A stretch of DNA of 64,000 nt from Ignavibacteriota bacterium. Lineage in GTDB: Bacteria > Bacteroidota > Ignavibacteria > UBA10030. The notes beneath the pieces were generated by a model that searched no databases, was not told the origin of the DNA, and worked only from the letters and a program-made list of their open reading frames with translations. Shown piece by piece: positions 8,498 through 19,162 of the stretch (within the stretch, counting starts at the first letter, position 1; each line of letters starts with the position of its first letter). The DNA lies in contig OY969585.1 in NCBI GenBank assembly GCA_963701295.1, positions 3,104,001 through 3,168,000 of the forward strand, read 5' to 3'. The translations under genes and the position numbers were made by a program.

Positions 8498-11104
8498 TTA
8501 CCTGATGACTACAAACTTACGAAATACCGATTGACCGTCGGGCGTCTCAACGTAGAGAATATAAATCCCGCTGGCTATGATCTGTCCCGAGGAAGTTGTC
8601 GAATTCCATAGCTCATCACCTGTGCCTTTTGTATGAGCTCTTTGCCAGATCAAATCACCTCGCTCTGTGAATATCTTCAGTTGACAAATTGGAGGCAATC
8701 CATAAAACGCTATCCGGTCATATTGAGATTGGTCACCAAACTGGAAGAACCTCCCCCGTATATCATACGGGTTGGGAACAACACGCACCATATCGAGTCC
8801 CTTCCCGCTGGCAATTGCATATAAAGTCACAAAATTTGAACCAAGATATGATACTTCATTACCCGCACTATAGTGTGATCCAGAGATCCAGTTCCCTTGT
8901 GATACCAGCAATTGCCAATGTGTCTTATCTATATCCGGTGCGATCGTGTCACGAGCAAACTCACTTCTGCAAATATAACTTGACCCATTATAGGTCACTA
9001 TATCATGCGTCGTATCTGCATAGCTTGACCTTGATATCCATGCCCCTTTATTAAATGCTAGAGAGTCTCCTTGTGTCGTCGCCATTTGCCAACTCGTATC
9101 AACATCTGGTTTTGTCGTATCAAATACAGCGAGCTTACAGATATAATTTATATGATTATAGGTTACAACATCATGACTACTATAATGGTTCGTGTCAGAC
9201 CACGTCCCTTTATATGGCACTATCAATTTCCAAAATGTATTAAGTACATCTGGTGGAAATGGTGTCTTTGGTTCTGCCGGCCGCTGGAGCGTTGCAGGAA
9301 CACTGGTTATAGTCCAGAATAAACTGCTGTAAAGAGCTGTTCCTGCCTGCGTTCCATCGTCTTTCGATTGAATATAATAATAATAGTCGAATCCCCTCTT
9401 CGCCGTGACATCATCAAATTCATTGACAATGTTAGATTTTGTACAATCGAAGATCTTTTCATATACCGTTCTTCTATCCAGGACATTTCCTTGGGAGCGA
9501 TAAATTACATATCCACCGAAGTGTGGGTCACTCTCGGCATTATTCGCCCACGTGAGGATAATTCTATCTCCGCCGGATGTAACCGTAAATTGATTAGGTG
9601 GAGGGGGAGGTTTTGGAATCGCGTAACCGGAGTTATAATTATTTAACGCATTATGATAGGTTTTCAGAATAGAATCTACTCCAGTTTGAACCCAAATACG
9701 TTTATATGCATCGAAGTCGGTTGTTGTTGTTCCGTCCGGCAGAGTCAAAGTAGGTTTGCCCGGTGAATTGTTCCACCATAGGAGCCATTTACTGCCAACT
9801 TCACAAGCTTTTTCCCATGAGATGCCCGCCACAGCTTCTGCCATAACGATGTGAATACTGTCGCCGGGTGCTAAATGATACGGACCATATGCCATCTCTG
9901 GCTGGATTCCACCGCCGAGATTCCTTACCGGATCTTTCCAATTTGCTGCATAATTATTTCCAACAAGAACGTCATGCTGATGTGCCGCATCCGGATGACC
10001 ATCTGTAATTGCAGCCCAGCGCACGGACATAATCTGTTCATCGTATTGACTTACATCTTTATTCATTATTGCACCATCGGCACTGATATAGTGGTTTGTT
10101 CTGGGTTGCCAAATATCATCCGATTTATCAGTCGCGCTTTTATCAGCATGGAGCGTCACACTTCCTGCATATTTCGCCGCTGCTAATTCGCCGGTTTCTA
10201 ACTGATCTGGATCTCCCCAGTCATCATCATAAGAAACTCTCGTTCGCTCTAAATCCGGGCCATACCAAGTATAAGCGGCTCGTAGTTGGTAAGTGGGTTT
10301 AGATGGATCGGTATACTCTGGTGCAGTTGGATCCCCGCCAACTGAATGATTTGTGTTACTCTCTCCCCACGTTGAATTCCATGATCCCCAACCCAAACCA
10401 TATCCTGTGCAGCTTACTCCAGCAAATGAATATCGATCAGTAAAATAAAAATAAACGGAATCTAATGTTTGTTGTATGACATCGCCAGCCGCATCATAGA
10501 TTCCTGTATTTGTGAAGACGAAATCTTTTATATGATAATTATCGTTGTTCGGTTGGTCAAACACCATTTGCTTTTTCGTGACCGAGATTCCCATGGATGT
10601 ATTAAACTTCACCAGTACTTCACGGTCACACTCCAGATTGAGATTCACCTCATCTAAAATGTCAAATGAATTGAGTACCGATGCAAGTTGATCATCCACA
10701 GTGACAATTGGATGAGTCCTCTTGCCTATAAGTTTGATTACTTGTGGAAAGATTTTAGTCGAATACGTTCCAACGCGCGGTCCGGCATCAATGACCTTGT
10801 AGCTTAGCACTTTACCAGCTACCGGATCATTGAAATTCCTACATCCGATCCATAATCCTCTCATCCGAAGTGTATTCTGATCAATACTATATTGCGCAGG
10901 CCACGAGAAGATGTTGCTATTACCAGCTGTAAATTCACCCTCAAATTCCCCTCCTATCTCATTGACGGGTGTCTGAAGTGGTGTAATACGGAGCCATCGA
11001 ATTTGCTGTGCGTAACTGGAATTAAAATTACCGCAGGTTATGATTAAAAAGCCCACCGCAAGTATCAGAAGTCGAAAAATAATTTTTATTTTTTCTGTTT
11101 TCAT
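8498..11104 (-). CDS. Large secreted protein with FnIII-like domain, three carbohydrate-binding-like repeats and T9SS C-terminal domain
   Basis: Signal peptide; PPPP-FnIII (LTW...GYVIYRS...YYYYIQS); GxW..Y..DVVTYN repeats; CTD VVPNPY...LKIFTERGDLI...ASGIYILYV...KFVVIR. Confidence 0.75.
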   Translation of the reverse strand: MKTEKIKIIFRLLILAVGFLIITCGNFNSSYAQQIRWLRITPLQTPVNEIGGEFEGEFTAGNSNIFSWPAQYSIDQNTLRMRGLWIGCRNFNDPVAGKVLSYKVIDAGPRVGTYSTKIFPQVIKLIGKRTHPIVTVDDQLASVLNSFDILDEVNLNLECDREVLVKFNTSMGISVTKKQMVFDQPNNDNYHIKDFVFTNTGIYDAAGDVIQQTLDSVYFYFTDRYSFAGVSCTGYGLGWGSWNSTWGESNTNHSVGGDPTAPEYTDPSKPTYQLRAAYTWYGPDLERTRVSYDDDWGDPDQLETGELAAAKYAGSVTLHADKSATDKSDDIWQPRTNHYISADGAIMNKDVSQYDEQIMSVRWAAITDGHPDAAHQHDVLVGNNYAANWKDPVRNLGGGIQPEMAYGPYHLAPGDSIHIVMAEAVAGISWEKACEVGSKWLLWWNNSPGKPTLTLPDGTTTTDFDAYKRIWVQTGVDSILKTYHNALNNYNSGYAIPKPPPPPNQFTVTSGGDRIILTWANNAESDPHFGGYVIYRSQGNVLDRRTVYEKIFDCTKSNIVNEFDDVTAKRGFDYYYYIQSKDDGTQAGTALYSSLFWTITSVPATLQRPAEPKTPFPPDVLNTFWKLIVPYKGTWSDTNHYSSHDVVTYNHINYICKLAVFDTTKPDVDTSWQMATTQGDSLAFNKGAWISRSSYADTTHDIVTYNGSSYICRSEFARDTIAPDIDKTHWQLLVSQGNWISGSHYSAGNEVSYLGSNFVTLYAIASGKGLDMVRVVPNPYDIRGRFFQFGDQSQYDRIAFYGLPPICQLKIFTERGDLIWQRAHTKGTGDELWNSTTSSGQIIASGIYILYVETPDGQSVFRKFVVIR

Positions 11105-11123
11105 GGCGATCTCTTTTTATTTG

Positions 11124-14100
11124 CTATTCAGTGAAATTGAATGTAAATTTTAAGCCAAAGAAAATTTGTCTTGGATTAAGGAACCAGAACGTGGAAGCAT
11201 TCGGCATGTTAATATATGCCTTGTCCTTATTAATCTGGTCTATCCTTGTCTGATCAACTTGCATCCAAGAATTAACTCCTCCTTGATTCACAACCACCTG
11301 CCAGTATTTGCCAGTCGAAGCCTCATAATATATTGCACGATAATCACTCGGAGGTGTCGTCCCTTGGACTTTGTTTTGATACATCTCTGGCTGCCAATCA
11401 ACACCCGGTGTACGATAGACTCCCACTTTATCACCTCCGGGGATGTTATCATACGCATCATTCTTTGGTAGGTGGAGCGATGACATATACCCTTGATCAT
11501 TTGTATTGTACAATTGTAATGTATTCAGAACATTATTGATATCCATAAATAATTGCAGTCTGAATTTTCCAATAACTACGGTTTTATCAAGCCGTAAGGC
11601 AGTGTTATAAAAATCAACTGCCTGAACGTTATACGCTATTGATGCAACATTTTTAGGATTCCATGTTGTCCAATAGCCATCCTGCCAGTCGAGCGTTGTA
11701 TTAAGGGTCCATCCACCGAGAATTTTATGCCCGAATACTAACGGTCCCCAGTCTTCCGGCGTCATTAAGCTGATGTTGACTCTGGCGTACGGCTGAGGAA
11801 TTGGACGATCCTGATAAAGGTTCACAGTTGCGTCATTAAATGCATTCTGTTCTGCAGGATCGTCGAAGATCTTCGAGCTGCCAAAATGCCCTGTGGTGTT
11901 TACCTGATAGGTGTAATTTGCAAACCCAACTAACCAGCGCCCAGCCGTTTTACGGAAAGTAAGTTCAAATCCGCGTGTATCCTGATAATTGTTGGAAGTA
12001 GATTTTGTATAATCAAATCCAGCAATAGTTGAAACATACTCCGTGAAATCCTGCTGGTCGGAAATATCATTATAGTACGCCGCTATTTGCAAGAGGTAGT
12101 CTCCGAATAAAATTTGATCAAAACCTAACTCATAGGAAATCGTTTTAGCCAAAAGAAGATCGGGATAACCAAAACTTGTCATCGCATGTTGATCATTCCG
12201 TTGAACACGGAAGAGACTTTCGTATTGAGGTGTTTCTCGGAAATGACCGTAATTGAAAAACAGCTTGGAATCTTCCGTAATTGGATGTGCGATACCCAGG
12301 CGCGGGCTCCATTGCCATTGCGGTTTAAATTTCTCCTTTGTAAAATCCTTCGTTGGATCGAAAGAAGAGGAGAAGAAGCTCGGATCAAATTCATTCATAT
12401 CCCACCAAGCAGTTCGCGGATCATAGTAATCGAGACGTAATCCAATGTTTGCGGTAAATTCTTTAGTCTCCAGTTTATCTTGAACGTATACAGCACCTGT
12501 TATCGGATAGACTTCCATCTGAACACGACTCGAATACAATTTGCCATCGGAGCCAGATGTTATTGTTCCGTAATCGAAGTTCAGGTCATTGTAGGTAAAC
12601 TCAACTCCTGATTTTATTAAATTCTGAAAATTAACTTGACTTGTTATATCGGCTTTAAATGTTGTCGAATTGACAACAGTCCAATCGCGGGCCTTAGCAA
12701 CATGCATACCATAGCCTATTAATACTGAGTTACCACTTTGAAATGGCCAGTAACCAAATGGATTCGAGTCCTCGTAGAAATCAGGAACTATTTCATATTT
12801 TTTTGATGTATCTCGATAAGCGCCGGGTTCGGTGTCATAGTTTCTTCTGAAACTCTCGATAGAAGCTTCATAGAAGGTACTCGGACTGATGATCTGTGTC
12901 AATTTTCCGGACAACGAACGCTCTCCAATGGTAGATGGGCTGAGGTTATAATCGGAAAATACCATGATGAGATCCGAGGGGGCATTGATTCCGTTAATTT
13001 CACTAGCGATGTCACTTGGATAACGCGGATAGAAATATGTTCCCGTTGCATCCCAATTATGTCTCATTGTATATTTTTTCCCAAACATACTTGACAGCCG
13101 TAATTTCATCGAGGGGGTTATATCAGAAATCATCTGAAGGGTCCAATCATAATCGTTGTAATCAGGTCGTGTCAAGGGGAATAATAATTCCTCATGGGTG
13201 CTTCGATACGAACCGAAGAATCGCAAATCTCCTAGCATCTTGCTTACAAAAGGAACCGGACCACCAAACCCAGCATCAATATCATAATCGGGCTGGTCAT
13301 TGGGTTGAACCTTTCTTGTCTCATATTCGAAAGCACGTTGAGCACCCAACGGTGTCAAATCATTGGTCGGGTCATTATCCGAGCAAAGTATTTGTGAAAC
13401 AGCGTTCCATCCCATAAAGGATGGATATTTTGTTTGTGTATAAGAGTCCCAAGCACCATTTTGCGTCCCCGTCCAGCAAACCGCTGGATCGAAAAAAGGA
13501 CGCAAGATATAAGAATTAGGATCTTGAAGGTCCAGAATTCCATCTCCACGCCAGTACTTCGGTGCTGGTGGACTATAACGGGTCTGGAAACTACCATAGT
13601 AACCATTCTTGGCACCTTCTCTTGTGGTAACGTTGATGACACCCGATCGAACCTGACCATATTCTGCGTTGAATCCGCCTCGCTCTACAGAGATGTCCTG
13701 CACGGCACTCAAAGCTACGCCAGTCGATGGGTCATTGTTTCTCGGATCACGCATAGTAACACCATCTACCAAGAAGAGGATATTATCACCTCCGCCACCG
13801 CGGATACTCAATCCGCTCAAAATACTAACAGATCCGCGGGTGTAGTTAGATTCAAATGCCGGTTGCGCTGCATATCCTAAACTGCCGGCCCAGCCCCCGC
13901 GAACACCGGCCTGCAAACCGATGGCAGTTTCAACATTACTCGCAGGTAGTGCTTCGATTTCTTTATCAGACATCGATGCAACGCTCGTGGCAACATCTGG
14001 CTTAATAGTTTTTCTTTCAGCTAAAACAACGACTTCTTGTGTATTTATTGTTTGCTGTCCTAATATAGCATCTACATGAGCAGTCTGATCTATATATACG

Positions 14101-14378
14101 CGGACATCATTAATTTTTACCGTTTCATATCCGACGAATGAGATTTGAATCTTATACGTACCTGGTGCGACATATAATATGGAATACTGGCCATTAACAT
14201 CTGCTGCTGCACCTAATGATGTCCCAACAACAATAATATTAGATCCGATCAGAGGCTCTCCCGTAGCTTTATCGGTTATCGTGCCGGCGATTTTTCCCGT
14301 CGTGCCCGACCAGAGCAGGGATACAGATACCATTGTCAGCAGGAGAATCAGTACTATCCCATTCTTCATTTGTTTCAT
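11124..14378 (-). CDS. TonB-dependent receptor (paralog of 1337..4531)
   Basis: Same N-terminus and GGFNAEYG motif; C-terminal PRQIFFGLKFTF. Confidence 0.9.
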   Translation of the reverse strand: MKQMKNGIVLILLLTMVSVSLLWSGTTGKIAGTITDKATGEPLIGSNIIVVGTSLGAAADVNGQYSILYVAPGTYKIQISFVGYETVKINDVRVYIDQTAHVDAILGQQTINTQEVVVLAERKTIKPDVATSVASMSDKEIEALPASNVETAIGLQAGVRGGWAGSLGYAAQPAFESNYTRGSVSILSGLSIRGGGGDNILFLVDGVTMRDPRNNDPSTGVALSAVQDISVERGGFNAEYGQVRSGVINVTTREGAKNGYYGSFQTRYSPPAPKYWRGDGILDLQDPNSYILRPFFDPAVCWTGTQNGAWDSYTQTKYPSFMGWNAVSQILCSDNDPTNDLTPLGAQRAFEYETRKVQPNDQPDYDIDAGFGGPVPFVSKMLGDLRFFGSYRSTHEELLFPLTRPDYNDYDWTLQMISDITPSMKLRLSSMFGKKYTMRHNWDATGTYFYPRYPSDIASEINGINAPSDLIMVFSDYNLSPSTIGERSLSGKLTQIISPSTFYEASIESFRRNYDTEPGAYRDTSKKYEIVPDFYEDSNPFGYWPFQSGNSVLIGYGMHVAKARDWTVVNSTTFKADITSQVNFQNLIKSGVEFTYNDLNFDYGTITSGSDGKLYSSRVQMEVYPITGAVYVQDKLETKEFTANIGLRLDYYDPRTAWWDMNEFDPSFFSSSFDPTKDFTKEKFKPQWQWSPRLGIAHPITEDSKLFFNYGHFRETPQYESLFRVQRNDQHAMTSFGYPDLLLAKTISYELGFDQILFGDYLLQIAAYYNDISDQQDFTEYVSTIAGFDYTKSTSNNYQDTRGFELTFRKTAGRWLVGFANYTYQVNTTGHFGSSKIFDDPAEQNAFNDATVNLYQDRPIPQPYARVNISLMTPEDWGPLVFGHKILGGWTLNTTLDWQDGYWTTWNPKNVASIAYNVQAVDFYNTALRLDKTVVIGKFRLQLFMDINNVLNTLQLYNTNDQGYMSSLHLPKNDAYDNIPGGDKVGVYRTPGVDWQPEMYQNKVQGTTPPSDYRAIYYEASTGKYWQVVVNQGGVNSWMQVDQTRIDQINKDKAYINMPNASTFWFLNPRQIFFGLKFTFNFTE

Positions 14379-14891
14379 ATTCTATTTCTCCTTCCAGTTT
14401 AGTAAACTACTATCGCCTGAAGGTGGAGCTTTTTCTCCAAATCTAAAAGCGAAGCAATTCTACAATGAGAGCGAATTATACTTGACGCCGATTCTTTAAA
14501 GACTGATTAAATAACAACAGATAATTAAGAAGAGGTATTAAAAATTTTCCGATAAAAAGTCTCCATTGATATTCATATTTTTCACGTTTATTTTTTGTTA
14601 CGGATACTCAAGTAAGAAATTTTTCTCATGAAAAAGCCACTCTTTGATTATTGCAAACGATCATCTTGTCTTATTTTGACGGCTACTTTATAATACTTTT
14701 TTTTTTAAAATGCAACAATAATCACAAGAACTTTTGCGCTAAAGACAAGAGAAATCCTCTGTTCTTGAACCACAAGTAGATTGGCATCTATCCATCATTT
14801 ATAATTTTCTCACAAACGTAAGCCATCGAGAAAATATCTAAACTGCGTGTCAACAGAGCGATTACAAATTTTAAAACTTTATTTCGATTTC

Positions 14892-14920
14892 TTGACTTTA
14901 AAAAATATTTGAACTAAATT
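14892..14920 (+). promoter_or_regulatory. Candidate sigma70 promoter for lacI
   Basis: TTGACT-17 nt-TAAATT about 105 nt upstream of the lacI start; largely conserved in the duplicate near 4770. Confidence 0.5.
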
Positions 14921-15025
14921 CACTGATTGAAAATTGATTGAATTGTTTCAATGGAAAATAAATAGTATTCTTTAAAAGTCAAGTTTTTTTTGAAGTGTCT
15001 ATCCATCAGTTTTAGAGGACCACTA

Positions 15026-16054
15026 GTGAAAAAAGTTACTATTAGTGATGTAGCCAAACGAGCCAAAGTCTCAATAGGTACAGTGTCCGCCGTGATTAAT
15101 GAAAAAAATACTGTCAAACCGGAGACAAGAAAAGCTGTTCTGAGCGCAATAAAAGGACTGAATTACCGACCACATGGAAGCGCTCGAAATTTGAAAAATA
15201 CGGATATTTCTTCTAACAGTATCGGATTACTCATTCGCGAATTAGACAATCCGTTCTATATGGCGATTGCAAAGGGGGTTTTAGAATACGCCAAAAGCAA
15301 AGGATATCTAGTCATCATCGCTAGTTCAGAAGGCGATCACTCGTTTGAGGAAAAAATTATTCAAGGGTTCTCAGGCAAAGATATAAAAGGTGCTATTATT
15401 GCACCGGTCTTAGAAGGAACAGCTGAAATTGAACACTTGTTCAGCTTAAAGATGCTTAATTTTCCATTTGTCCTTTTGGAAAATGTCAAAGGCATCCAAG
15501 CAAATGTAGTGAGTATAGACAACATCAAAGCAATGAAAGATGCGATGAAATATTTATTCAACAATGGTCATTCAAGAATCATTCATTTTTCCGGCCCGAA
15601 ACACGCTTCTCATACGTATGAAAGAATTGACGGCTTCCGTCAGGCATATAGTGAAAGTCATTTTGCCTTCAATAGCGATATGATTATTTCGACCGGAGCT
15701 CACCTCGAAGATGGCTATAAAACATGTCTTGAATATTTTCACAAGAGAAGTCGCGATGATTTCCCGACGGCCATTGTTTGTTACAATGATCTTGTTGCTC
15801 TTGGTGTTATATCGGCTCTGACTGAAATGAAAATCAAGATACCGGATGAAATTTCTATTGTGGGTAATGACGATATTCCATTTGCAAGACACGTTCCCGT
15901 GCAATTAACAACGATTCGTGCTCCGATGTTTGAGCTGGGCAGAAAGGCAACTGAGATCCTATTTAGAAATATCGAATCATCTAAGCCTTTACAAGTTGAA
16001 AATGTTGTGTTTGGAGCTGAGTTTATAGTGAGACAATCGACAAAAGCCTTATAA
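15026..16054 (+). CDS. LacI-family transcriptional regulator (probable xylose/xyloside locus regulator)
   Basis: TISDVAKRAKVSIGTVSAVIN HTH, YRPHGSARNL hinge, periplasmic-binding-protein fold; GTG start at 15026 after GAGGA. Confidence 0.92.
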   Translation: MKKVTISDVAKRAKVSIGTVSAVINEKNTVKPETRKAVLSAIKGLNYRPHGSARNLKNTDISSNSIGLLIRELDNPFYMAIAKGVLEYAKSKGYLVIIASSEGDHSFEEKIIQGFSGKDIKGAIIAPVLEGTAEIEHLFSLKMLNFPFVLLENVKGIQANVVSIDNIKAMKDAMKYLFNNGHSRIIHFSGPKHASHTYERIDGFRQAYSESHFAFNSDMIISTGAHLEDGYKTCLEYFHKRSRDDFPTAIVCYNDLVALGVISALTEMKIKIPDEISIVGNDDIPFARHVPVQLTTIRAPMFELGRKATEILFRNIESSKPLQVENVVFGAEFIVRQSTKAL

Positions 16055-16237
16055 TCAATCCGCTCTAACCAACGCAAAGATAATGAATAAACAGCGAGTT
16101 AGATGTAATGTAGTCTTCAAGAAATCATGAACCTGAGCGATCCAATAGAGTGTATGAGTCCTTGATTTAATTTATCACAAGCGAAACACACTAGTATAAT
16201 TATATTTATAAATCATCTCGAAAAGGATGTATCGTCG

Positions 16238-17740
16238 ATGGACATGTTCACTCTCGGTTTTGATATTGGTAGTTCATCGGTAAAAGCAGCTCTTCTCAAC
16301 CTTGAAACGGGTAAGAGTGAAGCCAGCGCCTTCTCTCCTAAGTACGAAATGCCGATTACGGCTCTTCGTGCCGGTTGGGCAGAGCAGGATCCGAATATAT
16401 GGTGGGAAAATTTAAAACTCGCGACATCGGAAATTCTTTCGGCATCTCATATCAAGCGTGATCAAATCATTGCCATCGGAATCTCTTACCAGATGCACGG
16501 ACTCGTGCTTGTTGATAAGAACAAGCAGCTACTTCGTTCCTCTATTATATGGTGCGATAGTAGAGCTGTAGAGATTGGACGAAAGGCTTTTATGGCAATT
16601 GGTGCTGAGAAATGCCTCAGTTCGCTTCTAAACTCTCCCGGAAATTTCACCGCCTCTAAATTGTACTGGGTAAAAGAAAATGAGCCTGACTTGTACAAGA
16701 GAATTGACAAGTTTATGCTGCCGGGTGATTATATTTCTATGCGGTTAACTGGTGAAGCTGTAACGACTCTTTCCGGTTTATCCGAGGGAATTCTCTGGGA
16801 TTTCAAATCGGACTCGATCGCATCTTTCTTGCTGAAAGAATATGGTATCGAAACTGATTTGATTCCTCCACTCACGCCAACGTTTGGAGAACAAGGCCGC
16901 CTCTGCCGGATCGCATCACAAGAACTGGGTTTGCAAGAAGGAATTCCTATTACTTACCGAGCCGGCGACCAACCCAATAATGCACTCTCATTGAACGTGA
17001 TGGAACCCGGTGAAATTGCAGCAACTGCGGGAACATCAGGTGTCGTGTACGGCATAAGTGAGACACCCAAGTATGATCCGTTATCACGTGTAAATTCATT
17101 TGCTCATGTGAACTACGCTTCCAACATACACCGCATTGGAGTGTTGCTTTGTATTAACGGAACCGGTATCGCGAATAGCTGGATTCGTCGCATTATGGGT
17201 CAACAATCAATGAAGTACTCTCAGCTGGATGAAATGGCATCACATGTTCCCATAGGATCCGATGGTCTCTTTTTTCTACCTTTTGGAAATGGTGCAGAAC
17301 GGATGTTGGAGAATCGTAACATTGGTGCTCATTTTATCAATTTGCAATTTAACATGCATTCACAAGCTCATCTTATTCGCGGGATACAGGAAGGAATTGC
17401 GTTTGCTTTCAACTATGGAATTGAGATCATGCACGGAATGGACGTACAATCATCAGTGATTCGCGCCGGTCTTGCCAATCTATTTCTCGGCCCGATCTTT
17501 TCTGAAACTCTAGCACAAACAGCCAACGTGACCATCGAACTGTACAATACAGATGGCGCTCAGGGTGCTGCACGAGGTGCTGCGTTAGGTGCGAAGTATT
17601 TCGCCTCTCGAAAGGAAGCATTCAAGGGACTTGAACGTCTGAAAATTATAGAACCGCAACAATCGCAGAAATCTAAATATCAAGAACTCTATCAACGCTG
17701 GTATTCCGCTTTAAATCGCATTCTTCAATCTAAAGGATAA
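16238..17740 (+). CDS. xylB: Xylulokinase (FGGY family)
   Basis: [43 protein letters not shown] motifs; adjacent to xylA. Confidence 0.92.
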   Translation: MDMFTLGFDIGSSSVKAALLNLETGKSEASAFSPKYEMPITALRAGWAEQDPNIWWENLKLATSEILSASHIKRDQIIAIGISYQMHGLVLVDKNKQLLRSSIIWCDSRAVEIGRKAFMAIGAEKCLSSLLNSPGNFTASKLYWVKENEPDLYKRIDKFMLPGDYISMRLTGEAVTTLSGLSEGILWDFKSDSIASFLLKEYGIETDLIPPLTPTFGEQGRLCRIASQELGLQEGIPITYRAGDQPNNALSLNVMEPGEIAATAGTSGVVYGISETPKYDPLSRVNSFAHVNYASNIHRIGVLLCINGTGIANSWIRRIMGQQSMKYSQLDEMASHVPIGSDGLFFLPFGNGAERMLENRNIGAHFINLQFNMHSQAHLIRGIQEGIAFAFNYGIEIMHGMDVQSSVIRAGLANLFLGPIFSETLAQTANVTIELYNTDGAQGAARGAALGAKYFASRKEAFKGLERLKIIEPQQSQKSKYQELYQRWYSALNRILQSKG

Positions 17741-17744
17741 ATCC

Positions 17745-19079
17745 ATGAGCACAAACGTAACACTTGGCAGCAAAGAATATTTTCCACAAATCAAAAAAAT
17801 TCCTTTTGAGGGGCCAGAATCAAAAAATCCCTTTGCATTCAAATATTATGACGAAACCAAAATAGTAGCAGGCAAAACAATGAAAGATCACTTCCGTTTT
17901 GCAATGGCATACTGGCACACACTCTGTGGAACTGGTGGAGATCCATTTGGTCCAGGCACAAAGAATTTTCCCTGGTTTGAAGGCAATGATATTTTAAGTC
18001 GTGGAAAAAACAAAATGGACGCAGCTTTTGAGTTTGTTACAAAAATTGGTATTCCGTACTATTGTTTCCATGATATAGATTTAATTGACGAGGGCGACAG
18101 TATTGCTGAATATGAAAAGAACCTAAACGCAATTGTCGACTATGCAAAAGAAAAGCAAAATGCATCAGGAGTAAAACTTCTTTGGGGAACAGCGAATGTT
18201 TTTTCAAATCCGCGTTATATGAACGGTGCTTCCACTAATCCTGATTTTCATGCGCTATGCTTTGCAGGCACACAGGTAAAAAACGCCATTGACGCTACCA
18301 TTAAATTAGGAGGCGAAGGTTATGTGTTCTGGGGCGGCCGCGAAGGTTACATGAGTCTTTTGAACACCAACATGAAACGTGAACTTGAACATCTCGGCAG
18401 GTTCCTGACTCTTGCCCGTGATTATGGACGTAAACAAGGCTTCAAGGGTTGTTTTTATATTGAACCCAAACCCATGGAACCAACCAAACATCAATATGAT
18501 TTTGACGCAGCGACAGTTATTTCTTTCTTAAAACAATATGGTTTGGAAAAAGATTTCAAGTTGAATATTGAAATCAACCATGCAACGCTTGCAGGACATA
18601 CCTTCCAGCATGATCTCCAGGTTGCAGCTGATGCTGGTATGCTTGGCAGTATCGATGCCAATCGTGGTGATTACCAAAACGGCTGGGATACTGACCAGTT
18701 TCCTATTAATATTTACGAATTGGTTGAAGCTATGCTTGTCATTGTTGAAGCAGGCGGATTTAAAACAGGTGGAATCAATTTTGATGCTAAAACACGCCGC
18801 AATTCTACTGATTTGGAAGATATTTTCATAGCTCACATTGCAGGTATGGATGCGTTTACACGTGCTTTTCTAGTAACAAATGATGTACTTACCAAATCTC
18901 CCTATAAGAAAATGCGCGCTGAACGCTATGCTTCTTTTGACAGTGGTAAGGGAGCCGAATATGAAAAAGGCAAACTTACACTTGAAGATCTGCGTGATTT
19001 GGCAATTAGAAATGGAGAACCGAAACAAATCAGCGGCAAACAGGAATTGTTTGAGACATTTATAAATGATTATATTTAA
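17745..19079 (+). CDS. xylA: Xylose isomerase (class II)
   Basis: [54 protein letters not shown]. Confidence 0.97.
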   Translation: MSTNVTLGSKEYFPQIKKIPFEGPESKNPFAFKYYDETKIVAGKTMKDHFRFAMAYWHTLCGTGGDPFGPGTKNFPWFEGNDILSRGKNKMDAAFEFVTKIGIPYYCFHDIDLIDEGDSIAEYEKNLNAIVDYAKEKQNASGVKLLWGTANVFSNPRYMNGASTNPDFHALCFAGTQVKNAIDATIKLGGEGYVFWGGREGYMSLLNTNMKRELEHLGRFLTLARDYGRKQGFKGCFYIEPKPMEPTKHQYDFDAATVISFLKQYGLEKDFKLNIEINHATLAGHTFQHDLQVAADAGMLGSIDANRGDYQNGWDTDQFPINIYELVEAMLVIVEAGGFKTGGINFDAKTRRNSTDLEDIFIAHIAGMDAFTRAFLVTNDVLTKSPYKKMRAERYASFDSGKGAEYEKGKLTLEDLRDLAIRNGEPKQISGKQELFETFINDYI

Positions 19080-19162
19080 TCTGTTCGAAAGTCACAAAGT
19101 CCAAAATGCAGAAAATAAACTTCAGAACAATTCTATAACTCAGTACTAAGAAAGGATCTCGC

